Assembly: GCA_038087875.1 (NCBI GenBank)
Contig: CM075977.1
Location: forward strand, 142,786,001 to 142,850,000
Direction: 5' to 3'
DNA length: 64,000 bases
Origin: Malacoraja senta
Lineage: Eukaryota
The translations under genes were made by a program, and so were the position numbers. Below, piece by piece: positions 26,802-39,246 of the stretch; position 1 is the first letter of the stretch, and every line of letters starts with the position of its first letter. The notes beneath the pieces were generated by a model. The model saw only the letters and a list, made by a program, of their open reading frames with translations. It did not search any database and was not told where the DNA came from.

Positions 26802-27230
26802 AAACAACCATTTGCAGGCAGTGCCTTTTCACTTCAACCCAAACCCCCCAAACAACCATTTGCAGGCAGTGCCTTTTCACTTCAACCCAACCCCCGCCAA
26901 ACAACCATTTGCAGGCAGTGCCTTTTAACTTCAACCTAACCCCCCCAAACAACCATTTGCAGGCAGTGCCTTTTCACTTCAACCGAACCCCCCCCAAACA
27001 ACCATTTGCAGGCAGTGCCTTTTCACTTCAACCCAAACCCCCCAAACAACCATTTGCAGGCAGTGCCTTTTCACTTCAACCCAACCCCCCAAAACAACCA
27101 TTTGCAGGCAATGCCTTTTCACTTCAACCCAAACCCCCCAAAAACTATTTGCAGGCAGTGCCTTTTTACTTCAACTCAAACCCCCCCAAACAACCATTTG
27201 CAGGCAGTGCCTTTTTATTTCAAACCAACC
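26802..27230. repeat. Tandem array, 47-49-bp unit, 9 copies
   Basis: TTTGCAGGCA recurs at 26811, 26859, 26908, 26956, 27005, 27053, 27101, 27148, 27197. Confidence 0.95.
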
Positions 27231-28880
27231 ATATTTTCATTTTCAAACCACATTAAGGGCACTCACAGTTGAGTAGACATGTGTTCAGTGTTATTCAGAG
27301 CTCAGACAGACGTGCACCTCTCACTCCCTACATCTTGCAGAGACTGAGTGAGGCACACCAATCCCTGGTTTTATAGTTCCCCCCCTCCCTCCAGCAGGGA
27401 CAGCAGAGAGAATGGAATTTTTTTTAATAACATGAATATCTCTCTGGTTGTTCATCGATGGGAAAAATCCTCTGGTCCCGGAAGGTAGAGGGGGGCTCTG
27501 AGCGAGGTGGCCAAAAACGACGTCCGTAGGTGGCGGCGTTCTCTCGGAAATCACAGCACAGTGAGCCAATAGCAGTCAAGATCAGACTTTTAGTAATATA
27601 GAAGATTATTCATTCGCTCCTTCTACCACATCCCCCGCTCTACCCACTCACGCATAACCCCCAACTGCACAGGCACGGCTAGAGAGGGGGGTGGAGAGGG
27701 AGAGGGAGGGTGGTAGAGATTGAGGGGGGAGGGTGGCATCACAGGGGAGGGCTGGTTCTCGAACGCAATACTCCACCACTCACCCATAGGTCCCAATATT
27801 CACCACTCCCTAGAGAGGGAGGGGGCAGAGAGGGAGGGGGGGGCAGAGAGAGAGGGGGGCAGAGAGAGAGGGAGGATGGGGCAGAGAAGGGGGGCAGAGA
27901 GGAAGGGGGGCAGAGAGGGAGGAGGGCAGAGAGGGAGGGGGCGCAGAGAGGGGGGGCAGAGAGGGAGGGGGGCAGAGAGGGGTGGGTCACAGAGAGGAAG
28001 GGCCCCTCCCCCCCACTCCTCCCCCTCTTCATCCCACCCTCACCTCCCCCTCTCCACCCCCTCTCCACCCCCTCTCCCCCCCTCCCTCCACCCCCCCTCT
28101 CTCCCCCTCTCTCTCTTTCTCTGCCCCGGGGAGGGGGTAGAGGGAGGGGAAGGGGGTAGAGGCAGCACCTACCCAAGTCGTAGAGCACAAGCCTCCCCAT
28201 CAGGCACCGGGCCCAAGCTAGGCTGCAGCCGTTGTGGACCAGAGCGATGCCAAGAGCGATTTGAGGACGGTGAAAAACAGCGGAGGGCCAGACGATCGTG
28301 GCTTCCACGAGGGTAATCACTCCCACCAGCATGACAGAGAGGAGGTCGTCCCCTGTGACGGGCGCAACGGCCACTTTTCAACTGCACTTGTCCGCAGCCG
28401 CACTGCGATAACGACCGCCACCGCTGTTGTAGAACTTAAAGAAGCCCAGCGGAGCGTGCAGCACGACTTGATCACGTGTTCAACGGCTTAAATCCAGAGT
28501 CGTTGGGGGGGGGGGAGGGGAGGGCGGCTGGGCCATGTAACTCGCAGCTCGTGGCTGTGAGTTGAAAACTCGGCGTATCTGGCCGTTAGGAGGAAAGGCA
28601 TTGTGACATCATCAGCTTACTTCAGCAGTTCGATTTAAAAAAGTTGTCAGATTGGTGAACAATTTTAGTAAATAACTCCAGATTGGTGAACAATTTTAGT
28701 AAAAAAACTGAATAATGAAATAATGAATCAAATTTTCAGATGAGGGGCTTTTTGAAATCATGAGGTAAATCTCTACCGGAATATGAAAAAAATTCACCGT
28801 TACCGCGTCGGGTTTTCGAGGTGATGTGAATCACATATGAAAAGACACACGTACATCCAAGATCAAAATTTTATAAGTTA

Positions 28881-29481
28881 CTAGACCAAGTGCAGACCCG
28901 TTGGGTCTGTTCCCCCAACGTGTGGTTGCAGTGGAGGGGGGCCTGGGGGGGGCTGTGGGGGGGCGGCATGCAGCATCACACACACTAACTACCCCCCGTA
29001 CAAACGCTAACTACCCCCCTTGATATTATATTAATATTATTAATATGCTCCTTTTACCCCATCCACTGACGCATAGACCTCAACTCACAGGCGCGTCTAG
29101 AGAGGGAGGGGTGGCAGAGAGTGAGGGCAGAGAGAGAATGGGGAGAGACAGAGAGAAAGGGGCAGACAGAAGGGCAAGAGACAGAGGGAGAGGGGGTGGA
29201 GGGGAGGAGGAGAGGGCGGGTGGGTGAGGGGGGGATGGTGGGGGAGGAGGGGTGAGAGAGATGGGAGGAGAGAGAGAGCGGAGGAGAGAGAGGGGGAGAC
29301 GGGGGCTGAGAGGGGGGAAGGGAAGGGGGAGAGGGGGGGAAGGGAGGGGGAGAGGTGGGGGGAAGGGAGGGGGCGGGGGAGGGGGGAGTGAGTGAGGAGA
29401 GGTGATGGGGTGGAGGGAAGGGGTAGGGGAGGGGTGGAGGGGAGGGGGAAGGGGGGTTATGGGAGGGAGGGTGGGGGAGGG
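28881..29481 (-). mobile_element. Third Helitron 3' end, running into an assembly gap
   Basis: A|CTAGACCAAGTG CAGACCC-GTT-GGGTCTG hairpin on the plus strand; downstream sequence homologous to 25692-25832 plus 27606-27700. Confidence 0.78.
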
Positions 29482-29741
29482 NNNNNNNNNNNNNNNNNNN
29501 NNNNNNNNNNNNNNNNNNNNNNNNNNNNNNNNNNNNNNNNNNNNNNNNNNNNNNNNNNNNNNNNNNNNNNNNNNNNNNNNNNNNNNNNNNNNNNNNNNNN
29601 NNNNNNNNNNNNNNNNNNNNNNNNNNNNNNNNNNNNNNNNNNNNNNNNNNNNNNNNNNNNNNNNNNNNNNNNNNNNNNNNNNNNNNNNNNNNNNNNNNNN
29701 NNNNNNNNNNNNNNNNNNNNNNNNNNNNNNNNNNNNNNNNN
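29482..29741. other. Assembly gap (260 N)
   Basis: Run of N after G-rich low-complexity sequence. Confidence 1.
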
Positions 29742-30151
29742 CGTGCGTCACGCGTTCAGAATGTTCTGGAAATGAAGCATGCGCGTCTCTATGGTGTCGG
29801 CAGCTCTATGGAATTCAGGGGAGGAGCCTGAACCACACACACTAACCACCCCCCCCCCCCCACCCCCACACACACACACACACAGCGGGTCTGATCTAAA
29901 CTGTCTTTGAAATTAATTAAAAGTTAATGTTAAGAATTCGTGATGTTAAGTGAGAAATAATTAAATTAAATTCAATGAAAAACAATGGAATCAACAACCT
30001 GGCAGGCTGGGGGGAGGCGGGCCAGGAGGCAGGTGGGCCAGGTGTAAAGGCATTGTGAGGTCAGCGGGGCAGGCCGGCCGGGGCCAGCAGGCAGGCTGGG
30101 GGTGTGGGCCGGCGGGGCCAGGAGGCAGTTGGGCCAGGTGCAAAGGCATTG

Positions 30152-30621
30152 CCGTCCAGGGTAGGGAAGGTAGGCAGTGCCTACCCTGACTAAAATTATA
30201 AAAAGGTAATTATTAAATATAAATAGTAAAGATTTCCAATTAATTTACTAAATTCTGTATTTATTATTAAATGGTTATTATTTTAATAATCGATTTTAGG
30301 TAGGCATAATTCTCCTGTGCTTTTCATCCGCAGAACACGTAATACCCGTAACTATGTTCAACTTACCAGCCGTGGATGCTGCTTCAAGCCTTCACTTACA
30401 AATGTCAATAAAGGCAACCAAAATCCTGCCTTTGCACCGTGGACCTGCGCGCAAGGTGCTGCGCATGCCTACCGGAGAGGAGCCCAATCTGTACATGCGA
30501 GTTTTAAAGATTTTTTGAAAGTCGACTGACTGCCTGCAGGATCGATCTGCGCATGCGCGGTTTTTAAGATTTTCTGCGCACGCGCGGTTTTCACGATTTG
30601 GGCTTTCACTGGAATTCACTG
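30152..30621. mobile_element. Probable hAT-type non-autonomous remnant
   Basis: Right end ..GGAATTCACTG (CAGTG terminus) abuts the CR1 3' piece; GGGTAGG..CCTACCC palindrome near the left; left TIR and TSD not seen. Confidence 0.4.
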
Positions 30622-32391
30622 GGAATATGGAACATATTAAGTTATAAAAGGACTGTTAAGCTAGATGCAGGAAAAATTGTCCCAATGTTGGGGGTCCAGA
30701 ACCAGGGGCCACAGTCTAAGAATAAAGGGAAGGTCATTTAAAACTGAGATGTGAAAAACTTTTTCATGCAGAGAGTTGTTAATTTGTGGAATTCTCTGCA
30801 CAGAAGGCAGTAGAGGCCAATTCACTGGATGAATTAAAAAGAGAGTTAGATAGAGCTCTAGGGGCTAGCGAAATCAAGGGATATGGGGAGAAGGCAGGCA
30901 CTGGTTACTGATTGTGGATGATCAGCCATGATCACAATGGCGGTGCAGGTTCGAAGGGCAAGATGGCCTCCTCCTGCATCTATTTTCTATGTTTTCTATT
31001 ATGTGTTGTTTGCGACGGCTAATGGGGTGGAAGGTAAGGACTAGGGGGACTCTGTCTCTGTTGCGACTAGAGGGAGGGGGAGCAAGGGCGGAGCTGCGGG
31101 GGTACCGAGGAGATACGAGTGAGGGCCTCATCTATGATGGGAGAGGGGAAACCTATTCCTAAAGAATGAGGACATCTCGGATGTTGTGGTGTGGAACACC
31201 TCATCTTGGGCGCAGAATGCGGCGTAGACGGAGGAATTAGGAGTAGGGGATAGTCTTTGCAGGAAGCAGGGTGGAAAAAGTGAGTCAAGATAGTGGGAGT
31301 CAGTTGTAATAGACATCAGTCAATAGTCTATTTCCTGCGATGGAGACTGTGAGATCAAGAAAGGGGAGGGAGGTTGTCGGAGATGGTCCAAGTAAATTTG
31401 AGTGCAGGATGAAAATGGTGGTGAAGTTGAAGAGAATCTCCTCTGCACTTTCTCCTGTGCAATCACATCCTTCCTGTCATTTGGCAAGCAGAAATACACA
31501 TAGTACTCCAATTGTAGCCTACAATTTTTTAAGAAGTTGTACCATAACATCCTTGCTCATACATACTTTCCCTGGTAAATGAAAGCAAGTATCCTGCAAG
31601 CCATCACCACCATTCTGTCCATGCTGCCATCTTCACCTATTCACTAAAGTCCCTCTGTTCCTCAATACCTCTCAGCTCTGTGGAAAATGAACATCACAGT
31701 TGAGCCGAAATAAATTTTCACCCAAACATGTCTTACTGGTTACTGTATTGTATTCAGAAACTCTGGTAGTTTCATTTCTTCTAGAATATGTCCCAAGATC
31801 AATTTTTGCCATCCCACATTCTGATGTCTGAATCAGATTAACACAACAAGGCCAATGATCACAAAGTGGGGACTATCCCATTACTCTGGAGTTACTATTT
31901 AGAGAACAAGGATTGGTCCATCACTTGAAATTTGAAAAGTCGACGACCTTCTCATTACTGAATCTTCTCACCACTATAGCAGTGGCAGTCAACAAGCAGA
32001 TCCTTCCCCCCAATTATTTCATATTGGAACACCAATGTTTTGATATTATTTGGCTGCCTTTCCATATGCTTTTACCCAGAGATTTTACTCTGAGATTTTA
32101 GGCATTACAAAACTGTTTGGGCATCGGGCATTCTATATATTTAACTCTTCTAACAATTATTTATCCTCAACCAATAGATTTTTACTTAAGGTCCTCGTAA
32201 CTTCGTGTTTTCTGATGAGTATCAAAATAATTTGCTTTCAATTTCATCTGCCCATTAACCACAACAGTTTTGACATTTCAGTATTGACTTTTCTTGTGTT
32301 CGGTGAAAAGGTTTAAAAGTCCACCTGTCCTTCAGGATGATTAATATCAATAGGAAGTGGTGCTCTTCACCTGCTCAAGAACCATGTTTAG

Positions 32392-33548
32392 AATTTTTAG
32401 AGTTTCGCGATACTGCGCGGAAACAGGCCCTTCGACCCGCCGAATCTGTGCCGACCAGCGATCCCCGAACACTGACACTATCCTACACACTCTAGGGACA
32501 ATTTACAATTATAGCAAGCCAATTAACCTACAAACCCATAGGTCTTTGGAGTGGGGGAGGAAACCGGAGATCCTGGAGAAAACCCAAGCAAGTCACGGCG
32601 AGAATGTACAAAATCCGGAGGAGGCGCTGTCCAGAACGGCTGCCTGTCCTGCAGCTGTCCGTTTTTTTCCCTTCTTTTTTATTATTTTTAGTACGTTGAG
32701 TGTGTAGTCAGGGGGCCTAATCTTTTTATGTGTGGGGGGTGGTGGGGGGGAAGGGGGAAACTGCTTTTCGAGTCCCTACCTGGTCGGAGGGGTTGCCTTC
32801 CTCCGAGCAGCGCCTTCGACCTGTCCTTGCGGCCTACCAGCGGGTCCTGGAGCGACGTTTCCCTGAGGGGACCTGGCCAGAACATCGGCTTTGGCGGCGG
32901 CGCAGAACATCGTCTTTGGCGGCGGTGCAGCGCTGGAGCGCTGTCGTGGAGCGGGCGATGCCTTTCCTGGGTCGCCGCGCTGGAACTCCAGTATGCTGGG
33001 ACCGCCGATGAGAACATCGTGGAGCAGCGGTTCTGTGGAGCGGCCCAGCTGCGACGCTGAACGGTACATCCCGGAGCCTGGGATCTCTTGCTGAGATTGC
33101 CAGTGTGTGGAGCTCCATCCGGCGCGGTCTGTTGGCTTGGAAGCCGCGGTCTTCGGTGGGAAGGTGGTCGTTCCTGGTACCCCAAGCCGCTGGGGGTTCT
33201 CCCGATGCCGGAGTACCATCACCCGGCGAGAACATCGGGCGCCGTGGCGGTGACTGTGGAGGCCTCAGTGGGCCCGACTCTGGGTGGACAAGAGGATGGG
33301 GACTGGACTTTGTGCCTTCCCCCACAGTGGGAACCACTGTGGGGGGATGTTTTGGTGTTGAACTTCTTTTTAATACTATGTTGTATTTTATTAGTGTGCT
33401 GCAAGGACATCTGAATTTCCCCTGAATAAGGGGATTAATAAAGTCTAATTCAATTCAATTCCGTACAGACATGCACCCGTAGTCAGGATCGAACCCGGGT
33501 CTCTGTCACTACAAGGCAGCAACTCTACTGCTCCGTCACCATGCTGCC
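32392..33548 (-). mobile_element. HE1-like V-SINE split by the insertion at 32618-33459
   Basis: Tail and V-domain at 32392-32617; tRNA head with B box (ggatcgaacccggg) at 33460-33548. Confidence 0.85.
32618..33459 (+). mobile_element. Apparently full-length GC-rich non-autonomous retroposon, (AATTC)n tail
   Basis: Precise insertion into the SINE (TCCG duplicated); ccccacagtgg..ccactgtgggg hairpin, cccct..agggg terminal stem, AATAAA; no credible ORF. Confidence 0.75.
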
Positions 33549-34172
33549 TCAACATGTCTTGAGATCCATGGATGATATCTGAGATCTACCACTCTCTCTC
33601 TCTCTCTCTCTCTCATCCTTTTTCCTCTGATTTAATTCATAACTGGAAATAGGAATTGTATTATATTTACAAATTTTCTTTTAATCACTGTCAAATGAGA
33701 ATTTCCATCAAAATTTGAGTAGATAATCCTCAAGATAGGCACAACCTCTCACCTGAAACCTCCAAAATGTGAAATAATTCTGAGCACTCACTTTCTCAAG
33801 CTATTCGCTAAACAGAATACATTATGCATTCTGTACGCATGTACGCCAGTCATGACGTATGAATGAAGTAAAAGTAGAATATGTGGAATGGCGTTACAGC
33901 TGTATCCATTGTACGTGAAATTATATGGTCCAATAACATTTGAAATTATGTGGACCAGCTAACTAATGTCAGGGATTAATGGCAGATCCTGTTCTTGAAC
34001 GTCTCTGACATATAAACCTGCCATCACAGGACTCATGTGCCATTGTATGTTAAATAGTTTTCATATTCTTTGGGTTATTATAGGAAACATAGGTCATTAA
34101 TTATACTTAGAACCTTAGGGCAAAATAAGACAACAAATTTATTGAAGCATAAAACACAAAAGAAAGCACTCA

Positions 34173-34268
<96 letters not shown>

Positions 34269-35537
34269 CTATTAATATTGGTTTGAGAGGAAAATCTGTA
34301 TCTACATGTACCATTCAGTATTATGTAAAAGGCAAGATGCTTCTGCGCATTAGTCCACAATTTTTCAGTTCATTTAAAGTCAATAGCCAATGGGTGCAGG
34401 AGTAGGCCATTCGGCCCTTCGAGCCAGCACCGCCATTCAATGTGATCATGGCTGATCTAATGGGGAAAATTGTGGACTGGTGAATTCACTTGGCTAAATG
34501 TTAAGTGGCATCAATGACCATGAAACTATGCCAAGATGGTATGAAAAAGCTCTTTCCTTTCCTTTTTCAATACAATTATTCTTGCAAAAATATATATGTT
34601 TTAACACACAAAAACGATCACCTTTGCAGCAGCCTTACATCCAAACATTCAATAGATTAGACTCTACACTACATGCAGTGAGTGGCACTGCGTGGAGTGC
34701 TGTGTGCACATACCCCATCATTTATAGGACTATGAATACTGTCAAACAGATCTGTTCAATATAATAGAACCAATACTTCTCGCTAAGGAAATCATTTCTC
34801 CTTGTAAAAAGTATATATTCCATAGTCCATACCACAATTTTCCAATGAGTAATATCAGTAACCAGAAAATTATGCACAATTTTGCAATATGCAACCTCAT
34901 TCCTTCAACACCTCATTCCTCCTGTCCCCTGCTACCACCCAGCTGTTTACTGGGATTGCTATTGATCAACATGAATCAATTAAATGCGTTGGAAAACGTA
35001 ATTGAAAGCTTTTAGACAAATCAAATTAGTTGGTTATTAAAATCAGCTAAAGACGATAATCTGAAATTTGATTAATATAGGAAATTAGCCCAACTTTTAT
35101 TTAAGATTAAGGAAAATTGGTGTTGAGGGAAGAAGGTTTGAGGATACTGAAGATATTTAACTGGAGGAAGTTATGGCTCAGAGAGAAGCAGATTCCAAGC
35201 AAACAGCTGGGTGGCAGCAGTGGAGAGGAAGAATGAGGTGCTGAGTTGTTTCATGTAATCAACATAACTGCAAGTTGTTGGCAACAACACAAAGATGGGG
35301 AAGAGGAAGAATCTATGGGAGAAGGAAGGGGTTGAGTACAGAAGCAACAGACATGATACAGATGAATGAAGACCAGTGAGATAACACAAATTCAAGAACA
35401 CAGAAGAGGACAAGATTTAAGACAGCATGACAGTTCACACGTACAGGGAAAACAGGGTACATTTTTTAAGAAAAGAGAAGATAACAATGTTTTGAAAATC
35501 GGAGAAGGAATCATTTCCAATTTCAGCCAGTGTAGTT

Positions 35538-37212
35538 ATAGACAATAGACAATAGGTGCATGAGTAAGCCATTCGACCCTTCGAGCCAGCACTGCCATTA
35601 AATGTGATCATGGCTGATCATCCCTAATCAGTACCCCATTCCTGCCTTCTCCCCATAACCCTTGACTTCACTATCTTTAAGAGCCCTATCTAGCTCTCTC
35701 TTGAAAGTATCCAGAGAACCGGCCTCCATCGCCCTCTGAGGCAGAGAATTCCACAGACTCACAACTCTCTGTGTGAAGAAGTGTTTCCTCATCTCTGTTC
35801 TAAATGGCTTACCCCTTATTCTTAAACTGTGGCCCCTGGTTCTGGATTCCCCCAACATCGGGAACATGTTTCCTGCCTCTAGTGTGTCCAAACACTTAAT
35901 AATCTTATATGTTTCAATATGATCCCCTCTCATTCTTCTAAACTCCATGTCCAGCCGCTCCATTCTCTCAGCATATGACAGTCCCGCCATCCTGGGAATT
36001 AACCAGGTAAACCTACGCTGCACTCCCTCAATAGCAAGAATGTCCTTCCTCAAATTAGAGGACCAAAACTGCTCACAATACTCCAGGTGTGGTCTCACTA
36101 GGGCCCTATACAACTGCAGAAGGACCTCTTTGCTCCTATACTCAACTCTTCTTGTTATAAAGGCCAACATGCCATTCGCTTTCTTCACTGCCTGCTGTAC
36201 CTGCATGCTTACTTTCAGCGACTGAACAATGACCCCCAGATCCCGTTGTACTTCCCCTTTTCCCAACTTGACTCCATTTAGATAATAATCTGCTTTCCTG
36301 TTTTTGCTACCAAAGTGGATAACCTCACATTTATCCATGTTAAACTGCATCTGCCATGCATCTGCCCACTCACCCAACCTGTCCAAGTCACCCTGCATTC
36401 TCATAGCATCCTCCTCACAGTTCACTCTGCCACTCAGCTTTGTGTCATCTGCAAATTTGCTAATGTTATTTTGAATCCCTTCATCTAAATCATTGATGCA
36501 TATTGTAAATAGCTGCAGTCCCAGCACTGAGCCTTGCGGTATCCAATAATCACTGCCTGCCATTCTGAAAGGGATCTGTTAATCCCTACTCTTTGTTTCC
36601 TGTCTGCCAACCAATTCTCTATTTATGTCAGCCCTCTACCCCCAAATTTTGCCCACTAATCTCCTATGTGGGACCTTATCAAATGCTTTCTGAAAGATCA
36701 GGTACACTACATCCACTGTCTCTCTCTTGTCCATTTTCCTAGTTACATCCTCACAAAATTCCAGAAGATTAGTCAAGCATGATTTCCCCTTCGTAAATCC
36801 ATGCTGACTCGGTCCGATCATTACTGCTATCCAAATGTGCGGTTATTTCATCTTTTATAATTGACCAGCATCTTCCCCACCACCGATGTCAGGCTAACTG
36901 GTCTATAATTCCCTGTTTTCTCTCTCCCGCCTTTCTTAAAAAGTGGGATAACATTAGCTACCCTCCAATCCAAAGGAACTAATCCTGAATCTATAGAACA
37001 TTGAAAAATTATCTCCAATGCATCCATGATTTCTAGAGCTACTTCCTTAAGTACCCTGGGATGCAGACCATCAGGCCCTGGGGATTTATCAGTCCCATCA
37101 GTCTACCCAACACCATTTCCTGCCTAATGTGGATTTCCTTCAGTTCCTCCGTCACCCCAGATCCTCTGGCCACTAGTATATCAGGAAGATTGTTTGCGTC
37201 CTCCTTAGTGAA
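35538..37212 (-). mobile_element. 5'-truncated CR1 LINE (RT + 3' UTR)
   Basis: PQGSVLG, KFADD, RPHLEYC, RTRGH in ORF 35628-36563; (CTATTGT)n tail. Confidence 0.95.
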
Positions 37213-38537
37213 TCGATTAAAAGAGGAAAGAAACCATACCACCTTCATTGAAGTAATCTCTATTTACAGGAATGCATGAAGACCGCATCAACTTTACATA
37301 ATGATTTAAGTAGAGATTTTCAACAAATTCAGCACAGCTAAAAATCTGAGAGCTTATGCTAACAGAATCCCACAGGTATCAATGAAAAAGTAGTCAGATT
37401 ATTGCAAAATGTCTATGGATTCACTAATATTCCCCATGGAAGTAAATCTGTTGTCCTTTATATAATTCGCCAATGTGACTGAATACTAAACGTCCTCTGA
37501 AGCGGTCAAATAAACTTGTTGGTTGTATCAATCCAATACAAAGAAAAAGATTAACATCAGATAAACCTAAATTATGATCTAGGCATTGAATCAGGATGCA
37601 ACGTAGATATATGTGACCCACTCGATCCCTGAAAGTGCTTCTTACTAACATCTGGAGGAACTCTCAGAATCAAACCCATCTGCCAATGCCTCAGATTCCC
37701 CCATCATCGTTTCTCGGTATGAAATTTGAATATCCAAACTATGACTAAATTAGTTAATATTATATAACGTGAAATAAACAAGCTTGCCCCTGTTCGATGA
37801 TGGGTCCTCAACTTCAAAACAGAAACGCTATTTTGGTCTCTGTAATGCTCAAAACATTTGTGTTTTTATTTCAGATTTTGAGTATCAGCAGTTTTATTTA
37901 ATCAATTAAGATTGATTTATATCCACAAATTGTATTTATCAGCATTGTTAAGAATGATCACTGTTTATAGTTCTGTGCTATAGTTTCATTTCAGAGCTAG
38001 AAGCACCAGAAACAGAATCTGGAACATTCTAGTTCTCTGTGCAAGAATTTTTCAAACCACAGCAAACAATGAAACAGTCATATGACAACAATGGTGCTAC
38101 TGAAATGTCAGTAAACAGTATAGATGCCATATAACAGAGAGGCTGTGAGATTTGCAACTTTTCAATTCAGTGTTAGTGAGTGGTATTGGAATTATGTTTC
38201 AATGTTATTTCTGTGACCAGCTCTTGGAGCTATTCTGTAAAGGCAGCAAGCAAAAATGATCGAATGCAAAAGGATTCAGACAATTTTGCCTTCTCTCAAC
38301 ACCTTTAAAAATACAAGAGGCCTATGCATGCCCACTATAGTTACACCCTTCACCCCTGTAATATTGACCTCATTCAAGTCAAATGTAACACAACATTTTT
38401 AAAGTTCTAAATGTTTATTAAATTGTAAATAATGTTGAAAGAGAGGGCAAAATATAGGAACATTTTTAAATAAGTTGAGAAAAGATAATTATCGCATTCT
38501 TTAATTCTGAATAAAATCAATCACTATTACAAACTCA

Positions 38538-38672
<135 letters not shown>

Positions 38673-39246
38673 CTATGACTATAAACAAAATAAAATATAC
38701 ACTTGTTTTGAGCATGTATAAAATGAGCCAATTTGCTACTTATCACCACAGCTCTACCTTCACAACACACATGCTCAAACGTGTTGATACCTCTTTTTAA
38801 AATTATAATTCTTCTTGTGGATCAGCATGAAACGGTGGGCACTAAAACCCAGCAGGTATAAGCGAGTTCGGTATTCCGACTGCGCATGCCCAGGTCATAG
38901 GTCACTCGCGATAAACATTCTCGGCAACTGTGCTACTGCATGTATACAGACCTGCGTTTCATCCGTAGTCAGGATCGAACCCGGGCCTCCGGTGCTGCAC
39001 GCGCTGTTGAATTGCTACTGGACCATCCCCGTCCCCTCCCGAGAGTCCCATCCCTGTCCGGGGGCGGCCGGAGATGTCCGGGTTGACCCTGGACTGACGG
39101 GACACCGGCCCAGAGCAGTGGCAGCCCAGGCTTACAGCCAGTGCAGAGAAGAAGCGCTAACTCCAGCTCAACTCTGCCTGTCCCGCCGGGTTAACCGATA
39201 GCCCTGGACTGACGGGACACTGGCTCAGAGCAGTGGCGGCCCAAGC

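Larger units (their letters stand above)
25833..27605 (-). mobile_element. Complete non-autonomous Helitron nested in the outer Helitron
   Basis: A|TCTTCTATATTACTAAAAG 5' end; hairpin plus CTAG|T 3' end; no TSD. The rejoined flank gatattatattaata|ttatt matches the empty site in the sibling copy near 29020-29045. Confidence 0.88.
25692..28880 (-). mobile_element. Non-autonomous Helitron (outer copy)
   Basis: Minus-strand 3' end GGACCC-AAC-GGGTCC hairpin followed by CTAG|T. Its 5'-type end (..acttataaaattttgatc) is cut by the next copy at 28881. Confidence 0.75.
24416..30997 (+). mobile_element. CR1 LINE with 5' UTR, ORF1 and 3' end (~30625-30997); most of ORF2 replaced by Helitrons and a gap
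   Basis: TSD ATTAT at 24411-24415 and 30998-31002. The ORF2 start LKVLY is cut at 25691. Tail ctattttctatgttttct. Confidence 0.8.
22873..31430 (-). mobile_element. Penelope-like retroelement (RT C-terminus, GIY-YIG endonuclease, terminal repeat) in three pieces: 22873-23253, 23950-24415, 30998-31430
   Basis: IYCIHCSRCGLVYIGKTKRRL..PVAGHFN (GIY-YIG) and RNRDRVPLVLTFHP. The pieces rejoin when the MITE (TSD TTA) and the CR1 (TSD ATTAT) are removed. Confidence 0.85.

Noticed and set aside
26104-27230. CRISPR array, or a repeat protein from ORFs 25852-26409 and 26909-27256
   Set aside because: Units are contiguous with no unique spacers and there are no cas genes. The ORFs are by-products of a 48-bp period inside a Helitron.
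27710-29845. Gly/Arg/Glu-rich ORFs and ORFs spanning N runs
   Set aside because: Purine-rich simple repeats and an assembly gap.
32688-33425. Cluster of overlapping 100-170 aa ORFs
   Set aside because: GC-rich non-coding retroposon body with no recognisable domain.
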